Of a stretch of 64,000 nucleotides of DNA, positions 25,650-35,774 are shown piece by piece; position 1 is the stretch's first letter, and every line of letters begins with the position of its first letter. The notes beneath the pieces were generated by a model. That model had not been told where the DNA came from. It ran no database searches and saw only the letters and a program-made list of their open reading frames with translations. The translations under genes and the position numbers were made by a program. Origin of the DNA: Blastocladiella emersonii ATCC 22665 (taxonomy: Eukaryota; Fungi; Blastocladiomycota). The stretch covers positions 2,728,001 through 2,792,000 of the forward strand of contig JANHCV010000002.1 of NCBI GenBank assembly GCA_025594325.1. Reading direction: 5' to 3'.

Positions 25650-27159
25650 GGCGAGAGTCGGGCGGCGGGTGATATCAGGAGCCTGTCCGGACGGAGGCGA
25701 GGGTGAGCGGCGGCACTCGGGTGGCGGGCAGGACAGGCCGTACCGGACGCGGTCGTTGGGCAAACGATGAGCGAAGTATGCGAGAGAGAAGGAGAGGTCG
25801 GCGTGGAGCGCGCGAGGGAGGGAGAAGTCGGACGGGGTTCCCGAGGAAGCGCGAGTCGAGTTCTAGAGGGCGGCGGGGTGGAGCAAGTTAGAACACATGG
25901 TTTCCGACGAGGCGGAGGCGGAGCGCAGCGAGGCATCGAGGAAGGCCGGCAGCAGGCGAGGTGCGGGGGGCGGCCGCAGCGGGCGGGTGGCGCCACCCAC
26001 CATGTCCGGAACGGGCAGGTCGGGTCGGTGGGGTCGAGGGAGGAGGCGGCGGCGGCGCCCAGGTGCGATTGAAATGGGCGGGTAGCAGCAGGTCGGCAGG
26101 CACAGGCTGCACTCGCCGGGGTCGGTGACGGTGAAGAGGAGGAGAGGAGCGGTACCAGTGCGGGAAGCACCGAGTCGAGGGTGGGCGACGGAAACCGGCC
26201 GGCCGTGGGTTGATGGTGATGATGACGGGTACGGGGGAGAGAGAGGGAGGGGAGTTGCGAAAGGCGATGATGGGTGGCGGTGCGGGCGGGAGCGGTGGTG
26301 GTTGGTGGCGTGGCGCAGGCGCGGGCGGGCGCGATGAAGGGCGGTGGAGCCGCCGCCGATCATTCAACTCTATCCGTCCAGCGCTCCCTGCTCGCGCACG
26401 TTCGAGGACGCAGACGGAGTGGAGAATAGAGTGCGGGAGCGGGTGGGGTGGCGGCGCAGGCGCTCCAAGACACTGCCGCGTGCGCGCCGCGGGTGGCCGG
26501 CCGGCCGGCAGGGAGGGCAGGGCAGGGCCACCGTGTGATGGGTGGTGGAGGGGTGGGCGGCGGTGGGCGGGACGAGTGCCGCGCGTACCAGCAGCAAGGG
26601 AAGAGGGCGCGGGGCTGCTGCGAGGTCGGGCGCCCGGCGGGGTCGGCGCCGAGGGGGAACGGGCGCGCCGGGGAGCAGCGAGTGAGCGAGGGAGAGTGGC
26701 CCGCGCGAGAGATCTCGGGCGGGATGGGCGCGTCGAGGCGGCGGCGAGTCGTTGCAGCGAGTGGCGCGCTCCTCGCCGATGCGCTGGGTCGTGGAGGGCC
26801 GGTCCGAGCGGGAGCGGGGTGAGGTGCGACGAAGGCGGCCGGCAGCGGGGCCCCGCCTCGCGCGACACGGCGCCACGGACGGCCGCCGCTCACGTGGCGC
26901 GCGCGCCTGTCTCGCGCGTGCACGCGACGCGCCCGTTTCGCTTCCCGCGCGCCGACGCGTTCGTTCGCGTGTTCCCGTCGGCCCCCTCCTCCGCTCCACC
27001 CGCAACGCATCGTACGCCCAACTGCCACCGACACTGGCGGCACGCAATGTAAAATGTACTCCCGCGACCAACCGCGCCGTTCCAATGGATGGTAACCAAC
27101 GCTGCTCCTAGCCCGCGCGACGCCCTGCACCCTCCGAAGATCCCGAAGCCCGCACCGAC
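25650..27159. promoter_or_regulatory. Divergent intergenic region between chitin synthase and RhoGAP
   Basis: Head-to-head gene orientation; purine-skewed, GC-rich non-coding sequence. Confidence 0.5.
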
Positions 27160-29412
27160 ATGATCGCCTCCTCGACCCCCGCCGCCGGCCGGCCCCGGTC
27201 GCCGAGCGCCGCCAACCCGCTGCGCTCCGCCCTCAAGAAGAAGAACGGCGACCCGTCTCCGCCGCCCGTCGCGGGCGACCTCACCTCGGTCGCCGACCCG
27301 GACACGGCCACCATCACCTCGCTCGGCATCCCCGCCCTGCGCGCCACCCAGAGCACCGCCAGCGTCCTCGGCAACGCCTCCGTCGTCGACTCGATTGCCC
27401 CCGCCGAGGAGGACGACGACTCGCACTACGCACCGACCCAGAACCAGTACGCCTCGGCCTCGGTCGCCGCCTCCTCGACGCTTCAGGGTGGGACCTCGGC
27501 CGCCGCCCCGCCCTCGCCCGCCAAGCCCGGCGCCGCGCCCCTCGCGCTCGCGACCACCGCGACCACCACCTCCCCGACCAGCGTCCCCGTCGGCGAGGAC
27601 ACGGACCGCGTCGTCGCCCAGCTGCTCGAAATCGAGGGCGGCCTCGGCCTGCTGCTCGACCGCGTCAAGCAGAACCTCGTCTCCACCAAGGACATCATCG
27701 CCTTCCTCAAGAAGCGCGCCGCCATCGAGGAAGAGTACGGCAAGGCCCTCCAGCGCCTCTCGCACTCGCTCACCGACGGAAACGACAAGCCCGACGGCAA
27801 GGGCGGCATCTACGCCGACTGCATCCGCCAGATGGTCGCCATCCACGACACGGTCGCCTGCAGCCGCCTCGCCTTCGCCACCCACATCACCCAGGTCTGC
27901 GAGGAGCTCACCACCGTCTGCAAGGACACGGAGCGCTCGCGCCGACAGCTCAAGGACGCCGGCGAGCGCCACGAGAAGCTGCTCGTCGCCGCCGAGGTCG
28001 CCCTCGACAAGGCCAAGACCAAGCAGGAGGCCACCTGCGACGCCTGGGACCGCGCCCGCCAGGCCCTCGCCGACGCGCCCTCCCCCACCACCGCCGTCCC
28101 CGTCTCCACCAGCCAGGGCGGCTTCGGCATGGCCATCTCCTCGTCGCGCGCCGCCAGCTTCTTCGGCGTCAACAAGTCGCCCGAGCGCGACGAGGAGGCT
28201 GCGCGCCACCGCGCCGCCCGCGCCAACGACGCCTACCAGACCCAGCTCGCCGCGACCCTCGCCACCCGCGCCGAGTTCCAGTCGGTCCACCTCCCCGGCC
28301 TCCTCCGCTCGCTCAAGGAGGTCAACGACGAGTGCGACATTGCCCTCCAGTACCACCTGTCCAAGTACGCCTTCCACTACGAGCAGGCCCTCACCGCCGA
28401 CGCGTTCGCCCTGTGCCCGTCCGCCGCCCCCACCGGCGCACCCGCCGTCGCCGGTGTCACGCCCGGCATCGGCATCCGCAAGCTGTTTGAGCGCATGGAC
28501 CACGCCGGCGACCTGCAGCGCGTCATCCTCGACGCCGCCGCGGCCGCCAGCGTCACGGCCTCCTCGTCGGGCATGTCCCCGGCCTCGCCCGGCGCCGGAT
28601 CCGACGCGCGGTCCCCGGCGCGCTCGCTCGCCACCGCCTCGGCCGCCGCGGGGTCCGGCACCGGCGGCGGCAGCGCCGGCATGCACTCGCTGTCGTCCAT
28701 GTCCCTGGTCGGCCCGCCCGCGAAACCCATGTTCGGCGTGTCGCTCATGGACCTGTCGGAGCGCGACGACACCAACGTGCCGCGCCTGGTGCAGCAGCTG
28801 ACGCGGGCCATCGAGGACGCGGGCGGGCTCGACGCCGTGGGCGTGTACCGCGCGTCGGGCAGCAGCGCGCACATCCAGCGACTGCGCGCGCAGTGCGACC
28901 GCGACTTTGACGGCGTCGCGTGGCGCCCGGCGTTCCCCGCGGCCGCGTCGCCCGCGCCCTCGGACCCCGCCGCCGACCTGCACGCGCTGACGGGCCTGCT
29001 CAAGCTCTTCTTCCGGTGCCTGCCCGACTCGCTCCTCCCGCGCGCGCTCGCCCGCGAGCTCGTCCAGGTCGCGAAACTCAACGACGCGCGCGAACAGGTG
29101 CTCCGCATCCACGCCATCGTCAACCGGCTGCCCGACCCGCACTACGCGACCCTGCGCCACCTCATGTACCACCTCAACCGCGTCGCCAAGAACGCGGCCC
29201 GGAACAAGATGACCGCTGCGAACCTCAGCATCGTGTTCGGGCCCACGCTCATGCACGGCGGCGCGGGGACCGAGCTCGCGGCCGCGACCGCGGGGGTCCC
29301 GCCCGGCGCGCCTGCCGCCCAGGCCGAGTCGGTCAACGACATGCACCACCAGTGCAAGGTCGTCGAGCTGATCCTGAAAAACTGCCAGAACCTGTTCGAG
29401 GAGGAGGACTGA
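27160..29412 (+). CDS. RGD1: F-BAR (FCH) domain RhoGAP, RGD1-like
   Basis: LLDRVKQNLVSTKDIIAFLKKRAAIEEEYGKAL (FCH); MFGVSL...VPRLV...GVYRASG (arginine finger), LLKLFFRCLPDSL, NKMTAANLSIVFGPTL. Confidence 0.9.
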   Translation: MIASSTPAAGRPRSPSAANPLRSALKKKNGDPSPPPVAGDLTSVADPDTATITSLGIPALRATQSTASVLGNASVVDSIAPAEEDDDSHYAPTQNQYASASVAASSTLQGGTSAAAPPSPAKPGAAPLALATTATTTSPTSVPVGEDTDRVVAQLLEIEGGLGLLLDRVKQNLVSTKDIIAFLKKRAAIEEEYGKALQRLSHSLTDGNDKPDGKGGIYADCIRQMVAIHDTVACSRLAFATHITQVCEELTTVCKDTERSRRQLKDAGERHEKLLVAAEVALDKAKTKQEATCDAWDRARQALADAPSPTTAVPVSTSQGGFGMAISSSRAASFFGVNKSPERDEEAARHRAARANDAYQTQLAATLATRAEFQSVHLPGLLRSLKEVNDECDIALQYHLSKYAFHYEQALTADAFALCPSAAPTGAPAVAGVTPGIGIRKLFERMDHAGDLQRVILDAAAAASVTASSSGMSPASPGAGSDARSPARSLATASAAAGSGTGGGSAGMHSLSSMSLVGPPAKPMFGVSLMDLSERDDTNVPRLVQQLTRAIEDAGGLDAVGVYRASGSSAHIQRLRAQCDRDFDGVAWRPAFPAAASPAPSDPAADLHALTGLLKLFFRCLPDSLLPRALARELVQVAKLNDAREQVLRIHAIVNRLPDPHYATLRHLMYHLNRVAKNAARNKMTAANLSIVFGPTLMHGGAGTELAAATAGVPPGAPAAQAESVNDMHHQCKVVELILKNCQNLFEEED

Positions 29413-29482
29413 CGCGCCGCGTCGGGTGAGGAGCGTGTGCATAGCTTTGACTTGGAATTACATGGAATCTTTTCATCATAGA

Positions 29483-30927
29483 TCAGTCGCCGAGAAGTGG
29501 ACGGTGCGCCGACCCCCACGCCGACACGGGCCGCGGGACCCAGCCCGTGGCCGTCGCGGACCCGGGCGCCGCGTAGCAGTAGTCCTCCTGCTGCCGCTGC
29601 CACGGTTCCGGCGCCGAGTAATCCTCGTAATACGCCGGCTCCGACTCGTACACGAGCCCGTCGTCAAACTGCAACGGCGGCTCGGGCGCGTCCCAGCCGG
29701 CGGCCTCCTCGTCGCCGTACTCGGGCGGCAGCTCGATCCACGCCAACTCCGCGTCCTCGGCGAGCGGCGGCCGCGGGACGGGTTCCGGGAGGTAGCACGG
29801 CACGGCCTCGGCGAGCGACTCGAGGTGCGACAGCAGGTGGTCCGTCGACGACGCGGCCTCGAGGTTCCGGGTCCGCCGGCGGACGGGGTGAGCTGGTGGC
29901 CGCGGATCGTGGTGGCGCGGCACAGCTGCAGGAACTGGTGGTGCGGGCCGCGGCGACTCGGGTATCACCGACGCCGGGCTCGGCGATCGAGGACATGGCG
30001 CGGGCACGGCTCCAGACTGGACCGAAGATGCGCTGGGCGACCGTGGCCGCGGTGATGCGGGTGGCGCGGCCGGGCTCCGCCTGCCCGCGCGGGCGGCGAC
30101 GAGCGCCTTGCCAATGTCGTCGGTGGACAGCTTGGCAAAGTCGAGGTCCGTGGTGACGTGCGCCATCATGCTCTTCTACACTCGCGGGTGCAGGAACGGG
30201 AACGGGTCAGCGAGGAATGGCCACGACCGCACCGACGGGCAGCGTACCGACATGGTCAGACGGCGCTTCTTGCCGAGAATGTCGCGGTCGAGAATCTCCT
30301 ACACCAGACCCCGAGCGTGAGCTCCATCCGGTTCACACCTGGCCGAGGGCAACGCACCGACAGGTACTTTGGGTTGGGCGGGCGAACGGCGCGCTTGCGG
30401 CCCTCGGCGGCGTTCTCGCGCGGCTGCTTGATGGGGCGGCCGGGTCCCTTGCCCTTGGTCCGCTCCTCCTTGTTGCGGCGCTTCTTATCGACGCGCTGCG
30501 CGCACGCGGTGGCGCGGACCGCGTTCATGGCGGCGGCGTCAGGCGGGCGCACCGGCTTGGCGTCGACGTACTTCATCTTCTTGGTTTGCGGTGCCGCTTC
30601 TCGGACGTGGGGATGGACCACCGACGAGTGGCGGGGGCCCGGATTCGACGGCGCGGGGACGGCGGGCTCGCGCAGGTGCTGCTGCGACACGGAGCTGCCC
30701 GGGTAGACGAGGTCCGCGTCGCTGCGGTGATCCCAGTGATCCCGCGGGCCGGCGGGGTCGGCGCCAGGTAGATTCGGTCCGTGAAAGGCGCAGAGCGGGT
30801 CCTGGGCCGGGCTCGAGTGGCCGGCGCCCGGGGCGTGGTCCAGCAGCCCATCGGCGGCGGCGGCGAGCTCGGCCTGGTCGCCGAGGTAGCGGTCGAGGAT
30901 CGACTTGCTGGCAGTCGGCTCGTTCAT
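29483..30927 (-). CDS. Hypothetical basic/Pro-rich protein, 3 exons
   Basis: MNEPTASK start; Lys/Arg-rich segment; two GTCGGT...TGTAG introns link to EILDRDILGKKRRLT and SMMAHVTTDLDF; stop at 29483. Confidence 0.55.
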
Positions 30928-31157
30928 GGGGATACGTGGTCGTGCCGTCGTCGAGCGCTCCGTGCTGGCTCGTCGCTTCCAAGGAAGGGGATCGGCGGGG
31001 GCAGACGAGCGGGAAGCACAAGAGCAACGCGAAACCGCGACGCGCCCTAGCATCGGGCCACGTGGGCGCGACTGACCCGCGCGCCGCGATCGCCGCCACA
31101 GAGTTGCTCGCCTCGATACCGACTCGTCCCGCTCCCGACACCGCGCCGATCACACCA

Positions 31158-32711
31158 ATGGAGCAAATGGAGGGCGCCGAGACTAGCAGCAAACCGCTCG
31201 CGCGGACCCACGACGCCATGGCTGCCGCCGAGACGGCCCCCGCCGCCGCCTCCGACGCCGCCGCCGTGCCCGCTGCCGCCGCGCCGCCGCGCAAAAAGGC
31301 CAAGGCCAAGGCCGAGTTCGTCCCGCCGCCGCCGCCGTCCAAGCCGCACCAGTGCCACTTCTTCGTGAAGCGCAAGCACCGGTACTGCTCGCTGGCCGCG
31401 CGCAAGGAGAAGCAGTACTGCGGCGAGCACGCGCACCTCGAGCCCGCCGCCGCCGACGCCGCCGCCGACGCGGACCGCCGCATCCCGTGCCCGCTCGACC
31501 CAAACCACACCATCCAGGCCAGCCAGCTCGCCAAGCACCTCGAGCGGTGCAACTCGCGCGTCGTCGAGTCGCCCTTCCGCGTCCCCGACGTCAACCTGGT
31601 CCGCGCACCGCTCCCCATCCCCGTGCGCCCGCTGCAGGAGCGCTCGCGCGACGAGATTGCCGACCTCGTCGCCAAGGTCCAGCGCGCGTTCGCCGCCATG
31701 GAGGCGGCCGAGGGTGGCCCCATCCCGCTCGTCCGCCTCGACAGCAAAGCGCTCGACGAGCGCCGCACCACGAAAAAGGACCTCAAGCACGTCAACCAGC
31801 AGGCGTCGCTGATCGGCCACCTCGACCGCATCGGCGCCCTGTCGCCCGACCACGTCTTTGTCGAATTTGGCGCTGGCAAGGGCGAGCTCGGTCACTACGT
31901 GCAGCGCGCGCTTGGCGACGGCGTCAAGGCACCCTTCTACACGGTCGACCGCTCCAACTTCCGCCTCAAGTTCGACCGCTACATGGACGTGGAGCGCATC
32001 TCGCTCGATATCAAGGACCTCCTCCTCTTCCGCGTCCCGTCGCTGCTGCAGCGTCACGGCCTCGCCCCACCTCCCGCTGATTCCGAACCCTCCGCGGCTG
32101 CGACCGCGGCCCCGGCCCCGTCCGTCAAACCCGTCGTCGGCTTCTCCAAGCACCTGTGCGGCGGCGCCACGGACCTGACCCTGTCGTGCCTCCACCGGTA
32201 CACGGCCGACCTCGCCGCCCTGGCCCCGGCCGCCGCGGGCGTCGCGGGCGCCACGCCCGTGCACTCGATCCTGATCGCGCTGTGCTGCCACCACCGGTGC
32301 TCGGTCGACACGTACGTCGGCGACGCGTGGCTCGCCGAGCACGGCCTCGGCATCGCGGACCTGCCCGTCCTCGCCCAGATGAGCGGGTGGGCCATCTGCG
32401 GCGTGCGCCCGCCGAAGCGCGCCGGCGACGACGGCGAGGACGCGGAGGAGGAGGACGAGCACGAGCACGCGGCGCCCGAACCCGCTTCATCGGCCGTCGG
32501 CACCCCCGCCGACGAGCACTACTCGGGGCTCAGCCACGCCGACCGCGAGCAAGCCGGCACCATGGTCAAGCGCATCCTCGACTACGGCCGCGTCCGGTAC
32601 CTCCGCGCGCACGGGCTCGATGCGCGTCTCGTCTATTACGTCGACACGGCCGACAGTCTCGAGAACTGCGCGCTGGTCGCGACGGTCCCCGCGCCCGCGG
32701 CGCAAGGGTGA
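31158..32711 (+). CDS. TRM13: tRNA:m4X modification enzyme TRM13
   Basis: QCHFFVKRKHRYC...QYCGEH (CCCH finger), RIPCPLDPNHTI...KHLERC (CHHC finger), EFGAGKGEL, SKHLCGGATDL, IALCCHHRC. Confidence 0.95.
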   Translation: MEQMEGAETSSKPLARTHDAMAAAETAPAAASDAAAVPAAAAPPRKKAKAKAEFVPPPPPSKPHQCHFFVKRKHRYCSLAARKEKQYCGEHAHLEPAAADAAADADRRIPCPLDPNHTIQASQLAKHLERCNSRVVESPFRVPDVNLVRAPLPIPVRPLQERSRDEIADLVAKVQRAFAAMEAAEGGPIPLVRLDSKALDERRTTKKDLKHVNQQASLIGHLDRIGALSPDHVFVEFGAGKGELGHYVQRALGDGVKAPFYTVDRSNFRLKFDRYMDVERISLDIKDLLLFRVPSLLQRHGLAPPPADSEPSAAATAAPAPSVKPVVGFSKHLCGGATDLTLSCLHRYTADLAALAPAAAGVAGATPVHSILIALCCHHRCSVDTYVGDAWLAEHGLGIADLPVLAQMSGWAICGVRPPKRAGDDGEDAEEEDEHEHAAPEPASSAVGTPADEHYSGLSHADREQAGTMVKRILDYGRVRYLRAHGLDARLVYYVDTADSLENCALVATVPAPAAQG

Positions 32712-32799
32712 GTGGATGGGTGGCGTGAACGTGTAGAGATATATATCGTCGTGTAGGATTGCATGACCGTGGGACAAAACTGGGTGAAGTGAGAGGAAA

Positions 32800-35100
32800 C
32801 TACGAGTGCGGGGTTGGCGCGACTCTTCTCGCGTGCTGCTCCTCCTCGCACCGCTCGACCGCCGCTGCCGCCGCCGCGTCCGCGTCCGCAGCCACGACGT
32901 CGAAGCTCAAGGACGAGTGCGCCGTCGACAACCGCGACCGGGTGAGCGTGCCGGTGCCGCCCGACGTGGACGACCCGCTGGTACACGCGCTGTCGAGGCT
33001 GTACCGCACGTCGCGGCCGCTACTGCCGCCGCTACTGCTGCGGCTCGCGAGCGATCCAGCCGACGACGGCGGCGGGGAGACGAGCTGGCCCGGCCCGATC
33101 ACGTATGTGCGGTGCATCAGCGACGGGCGCGGCGAGCCGCAGTCGACGGTTGGGCTCGGGCAGCCGCCGAGATCCAGCGCGTCGATCCCGCGCTCCATGT
33201 CCGACAGGAACGAGGCGCGGTACATCATGTCGGGCGAGCACGACGAGAGCGCGGGCGGCGCGCCGGCGGCGTACGAGCTGGCGAGCGTTGAGGAGGAAGC
33301 GAACGAGCGCAGCGTGCCGTACGCCGAGTCGGGCGTCCCCAAAACCCGGTCGCCCCCGCTGGGCTTCCTCGACTTGTGCTTCCCGCGGGCCTGCTGCGAC
33401 CCGGCGACGACGTCGCGCAGGGCAGTCGCCGGGTCCCACGTCGACGCCTTGCGCAGCTTGCTCTCGATGAGGCGCGCGGGGACGAGCTTGAGGACGGCGT
33501 CACGGAGCAGGACCGACGGCTTCGAGTCCCACTGGCTGACCTTGGACTGGCGGAAGCTCTCGCGCTGGATGCGCGACACGTGCTTGATGCGGGCGGCGGC
33601 AAACTGGTGGAAGATGGTTGCGGGCGCGACGGTGGGCGGGTGCGAGGCGATGAGGTGGACGAGCAGGTGCGCGTCCTCGATGGCGAGGTTGGCGCCCTGG
33701 AACAGCGCTGGCGTGGCCGGGTGCGCTGCATCGCCCAGCAGGACGCACCGGTGCGAGTGCCAGGCCTCGGGTTCGGCGTCGTGCTCGCGGTCGACGATGG
33801 GCTGGAGGTAAAAGTCGGCGGGCCTCGTCAGCGCGTACATGCTGCGCAGCGGCTCGGGCCAGTCGGGCTTGTCGGCGAGCTTGCGCTGCAGGGCGCGGAA
33901 CTCGTCGCGCGACCCGGCCCACTTCTCGCGGACCCACCAGTATGCGAGCGAGCCCGTCTCGTTGAGGAAGCCGAAGGAGAAGCGGCGGTCGCGGTCGTAG
34001 TAGAGCGACATGGACGCGGGCTTGTGGAAGTCGTCCTTGAGCAGCAGCTCCTCGACGTGGCGCAGCACCGTCGCGTGCGCCGGGTGCTGCTCGTCCACGT
34101 ACGCGCGCCGCTGGAGCCCGCCGTTCTGGAAGTCGTCGGCGGGCACCGCGTCCGGGTTGAGCGCGAAGCTGCCGCGGAAGCAGATCTCGCCGACGTACCG
34201 CGGCGCCGACAGCGGCGGTGGTGGGGCGGCGGCGTCCGCCGGGTGCCGCTGCTGGCGCGCGGCCTCGATGAGCTGGCGGCACACGGACTTGACGCCGTCG
34301 GCGCCGAGGACGACGGGCACGGTGAGGGCCGAGATGGCGTTGCGGTGGGTGAAGACGAGCTCGACGTGGTTCTCGTTCTCGGTGCACTGGATGACGGACG
34401 TGTCGAAGAGGATCTTGCTGCGCGGCACCATGCGCTGCAGCGCCGTCATGAGCGAGCGGCGGTTTGTCATGCGCATGAACTGGCCGGGGCCCAGGACCTT
34501 TTCCATGTTGAGGGTCTTGAGCGGCGGCGCGCCGACCATGGCGTGGATCTGAGCTTGCGCGGCGCGCAGGGCGGCCGAGTCGAGGTGGTACGAGTTGCGG
34601 TGGTTGTGGTTGGCGTGCCTTGGCGAGCTGAGGCCGGGCTGCTGCTGCTGCTCATCGGCGCTGCGCGCGCGGCAGAGGTGGACGTGCTCGACGACGGACG
34701 AGTGCTCGTGCCAGTACGCCTCGTTGAAGCCGAGGTCGGACAGGATCCGGACCGCGGCGGGGAACAAGCCTATGGGGAGGATTCGGTCAGTGACCTCGCT
34801 CGATCCGCGTGCAACGCGAGAAACCGTACCGAGGTCGGAGCCCTCGAGGTGGGTCCCCTCCTTGCGGCGCTCGAGGATGACGTAGGGGATCCGTGCGCGC
34901 TCGAGCAGCGCGGCCGTGGTGAGCCCGGCGACGCCGGCGCCCACGATGGCGAACTCGGGCGGCGGGAAGATGTGGCTCGTGAGCTCGGCGAGCGGCGAGT
35001 GGGACACGCCGGACGCGAGCGTTGTTGATGACATGGTAGCGGTGGTGGTTCGATCCGGTGCGGTGGGCCGGGAACTAGACCTGGTGGACGCGCCGCTCAT
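32800..35100 (-). CDS. FAD-dependent monooxygenase (FAD_binding_3) with Ser-rich C-terminal tail; one 60-nt intron
   Basis: AIVGAGVAGL (GxGxxG), VLGADGVKS (DG motif), LLGDAAHPATPALFQGANLAIEDA (GD motif); intron 34829-34770. Confidence 0.9.
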   Translation of the reverse strand: MSGASTRSSSRPTAPDRTTTATMSSTTLASGVSHSPLAELTSHIFPPPEFAIVGAGVAGLTTAALLERARIPYVILERRKEGTHLEGSDLGTVSRVARGSSEVTDRILPIGLFPAAVRILSDLGFNEAYWHEHSSVVEHVHLCRARSADEQQQQPGLSSPRHANHNHRNSYHLDSAALRAAQAQIHAMVGAPPLKTLNMEKVLGPGQFMRMTNRRSLMTALQRMVPRSKILFDTSVIQCTENENHVELVFTHRNAISALTVPVVLGADGVKSVCRQLIEAARQQRHPADAAAPPPPLSAPRYVGEICFRGSFALNPDAVPADDFQNGGLQRRAYVDEQHPAHATVLRHVEELLLKDDFHKPASMSLYYDRDRRFSFGFLNETGSLAYWWVREKWAGSRDEFRALQRKLADKPDWPEPLRSMYALTRPADFYLQPIVDREHDAEPEAWHSHRCVLLGDAAHPATPALFQGANLAIEDAHLLVHLIASHPPTVAPATIFHQFAAARIKHVSRIQRESFRQSKVSQWDSKPSVLLRDAVLKLVPARLIESKLRKASTWDPATALRDVVAGSQQARGKHKSRKPSGGDRVLGTPDSAYGTLRSFASSSTLASSYAAGAPPALSSCSPDMMYRASFLSDMERGIDALDLGGCPSPTVDCGSPRPSLMHRTYVIGPGQLVSPPPSSAGSLASRSSSGGSSGRDVRYSLDSACTSGSSTSGGTGTLTRSRLSTAHSSLSFDVVAADADAAAAAAVERCEEEQHARRVAPTPHS

Positions 35101-35774
35101 GTCAGCGTGCGCGCGCGCGGAGACCGGTGCCCTGGGGAGTGGCGCACGGTCGGTTCTGGGACCAGTGTACCAGTCGATCGGGGCGCAGCGGGCACCGCTC
35201 GCGAGGGCGTTGCGGGACTGCCTGCAGCGGACGGCCCGGGTTGGTCGGCGCCGAGGCGCGAGTGGAGGTCGGCGAGGAGCGCGGCGGCGGGAGGCGAGCC
35301 GATCGACGCGATGGGGCTTCAGATCGCCGCGGCCTGCTCGGACGGGGAAGTCGCCGCGATGGCGCTGGGCAGGTAGGCGGGCGCGCGTACTTGAGGGCGA
35401 CCGGGCAGCCAACTCTCCACGAATCACTCGTGGGTCGACGAAGCGGCGGAACGTTAAGGCAGGGAGAAGAAGCGGGCGCCGAAGCAACGCGAAAGGGCAG
35501 GGCCGGATTAGAGTTGCAGTTGACGCTTGCTGCCGCCGACGTCGCGCGCAACGTTGCTCCCCGCGACGGCGATGCTGCGCCGCGTCACGCTGACTCACCG
35601 GCGGCTGGTGCAGTGGCCGCCTCGCGACGTGCGCGGGACCGCCGCCACGCGCGCCGAACAACGGCCGCCCGAGTTGGCTGGCGCGCGGACATGAAACGCG
35701 ACGCGAACACGCTCGAGGGGGCTGGCTGGACACGGAGGGGAGACGAGAAGCAGGATGGCTCGAGGCATCGTTTA

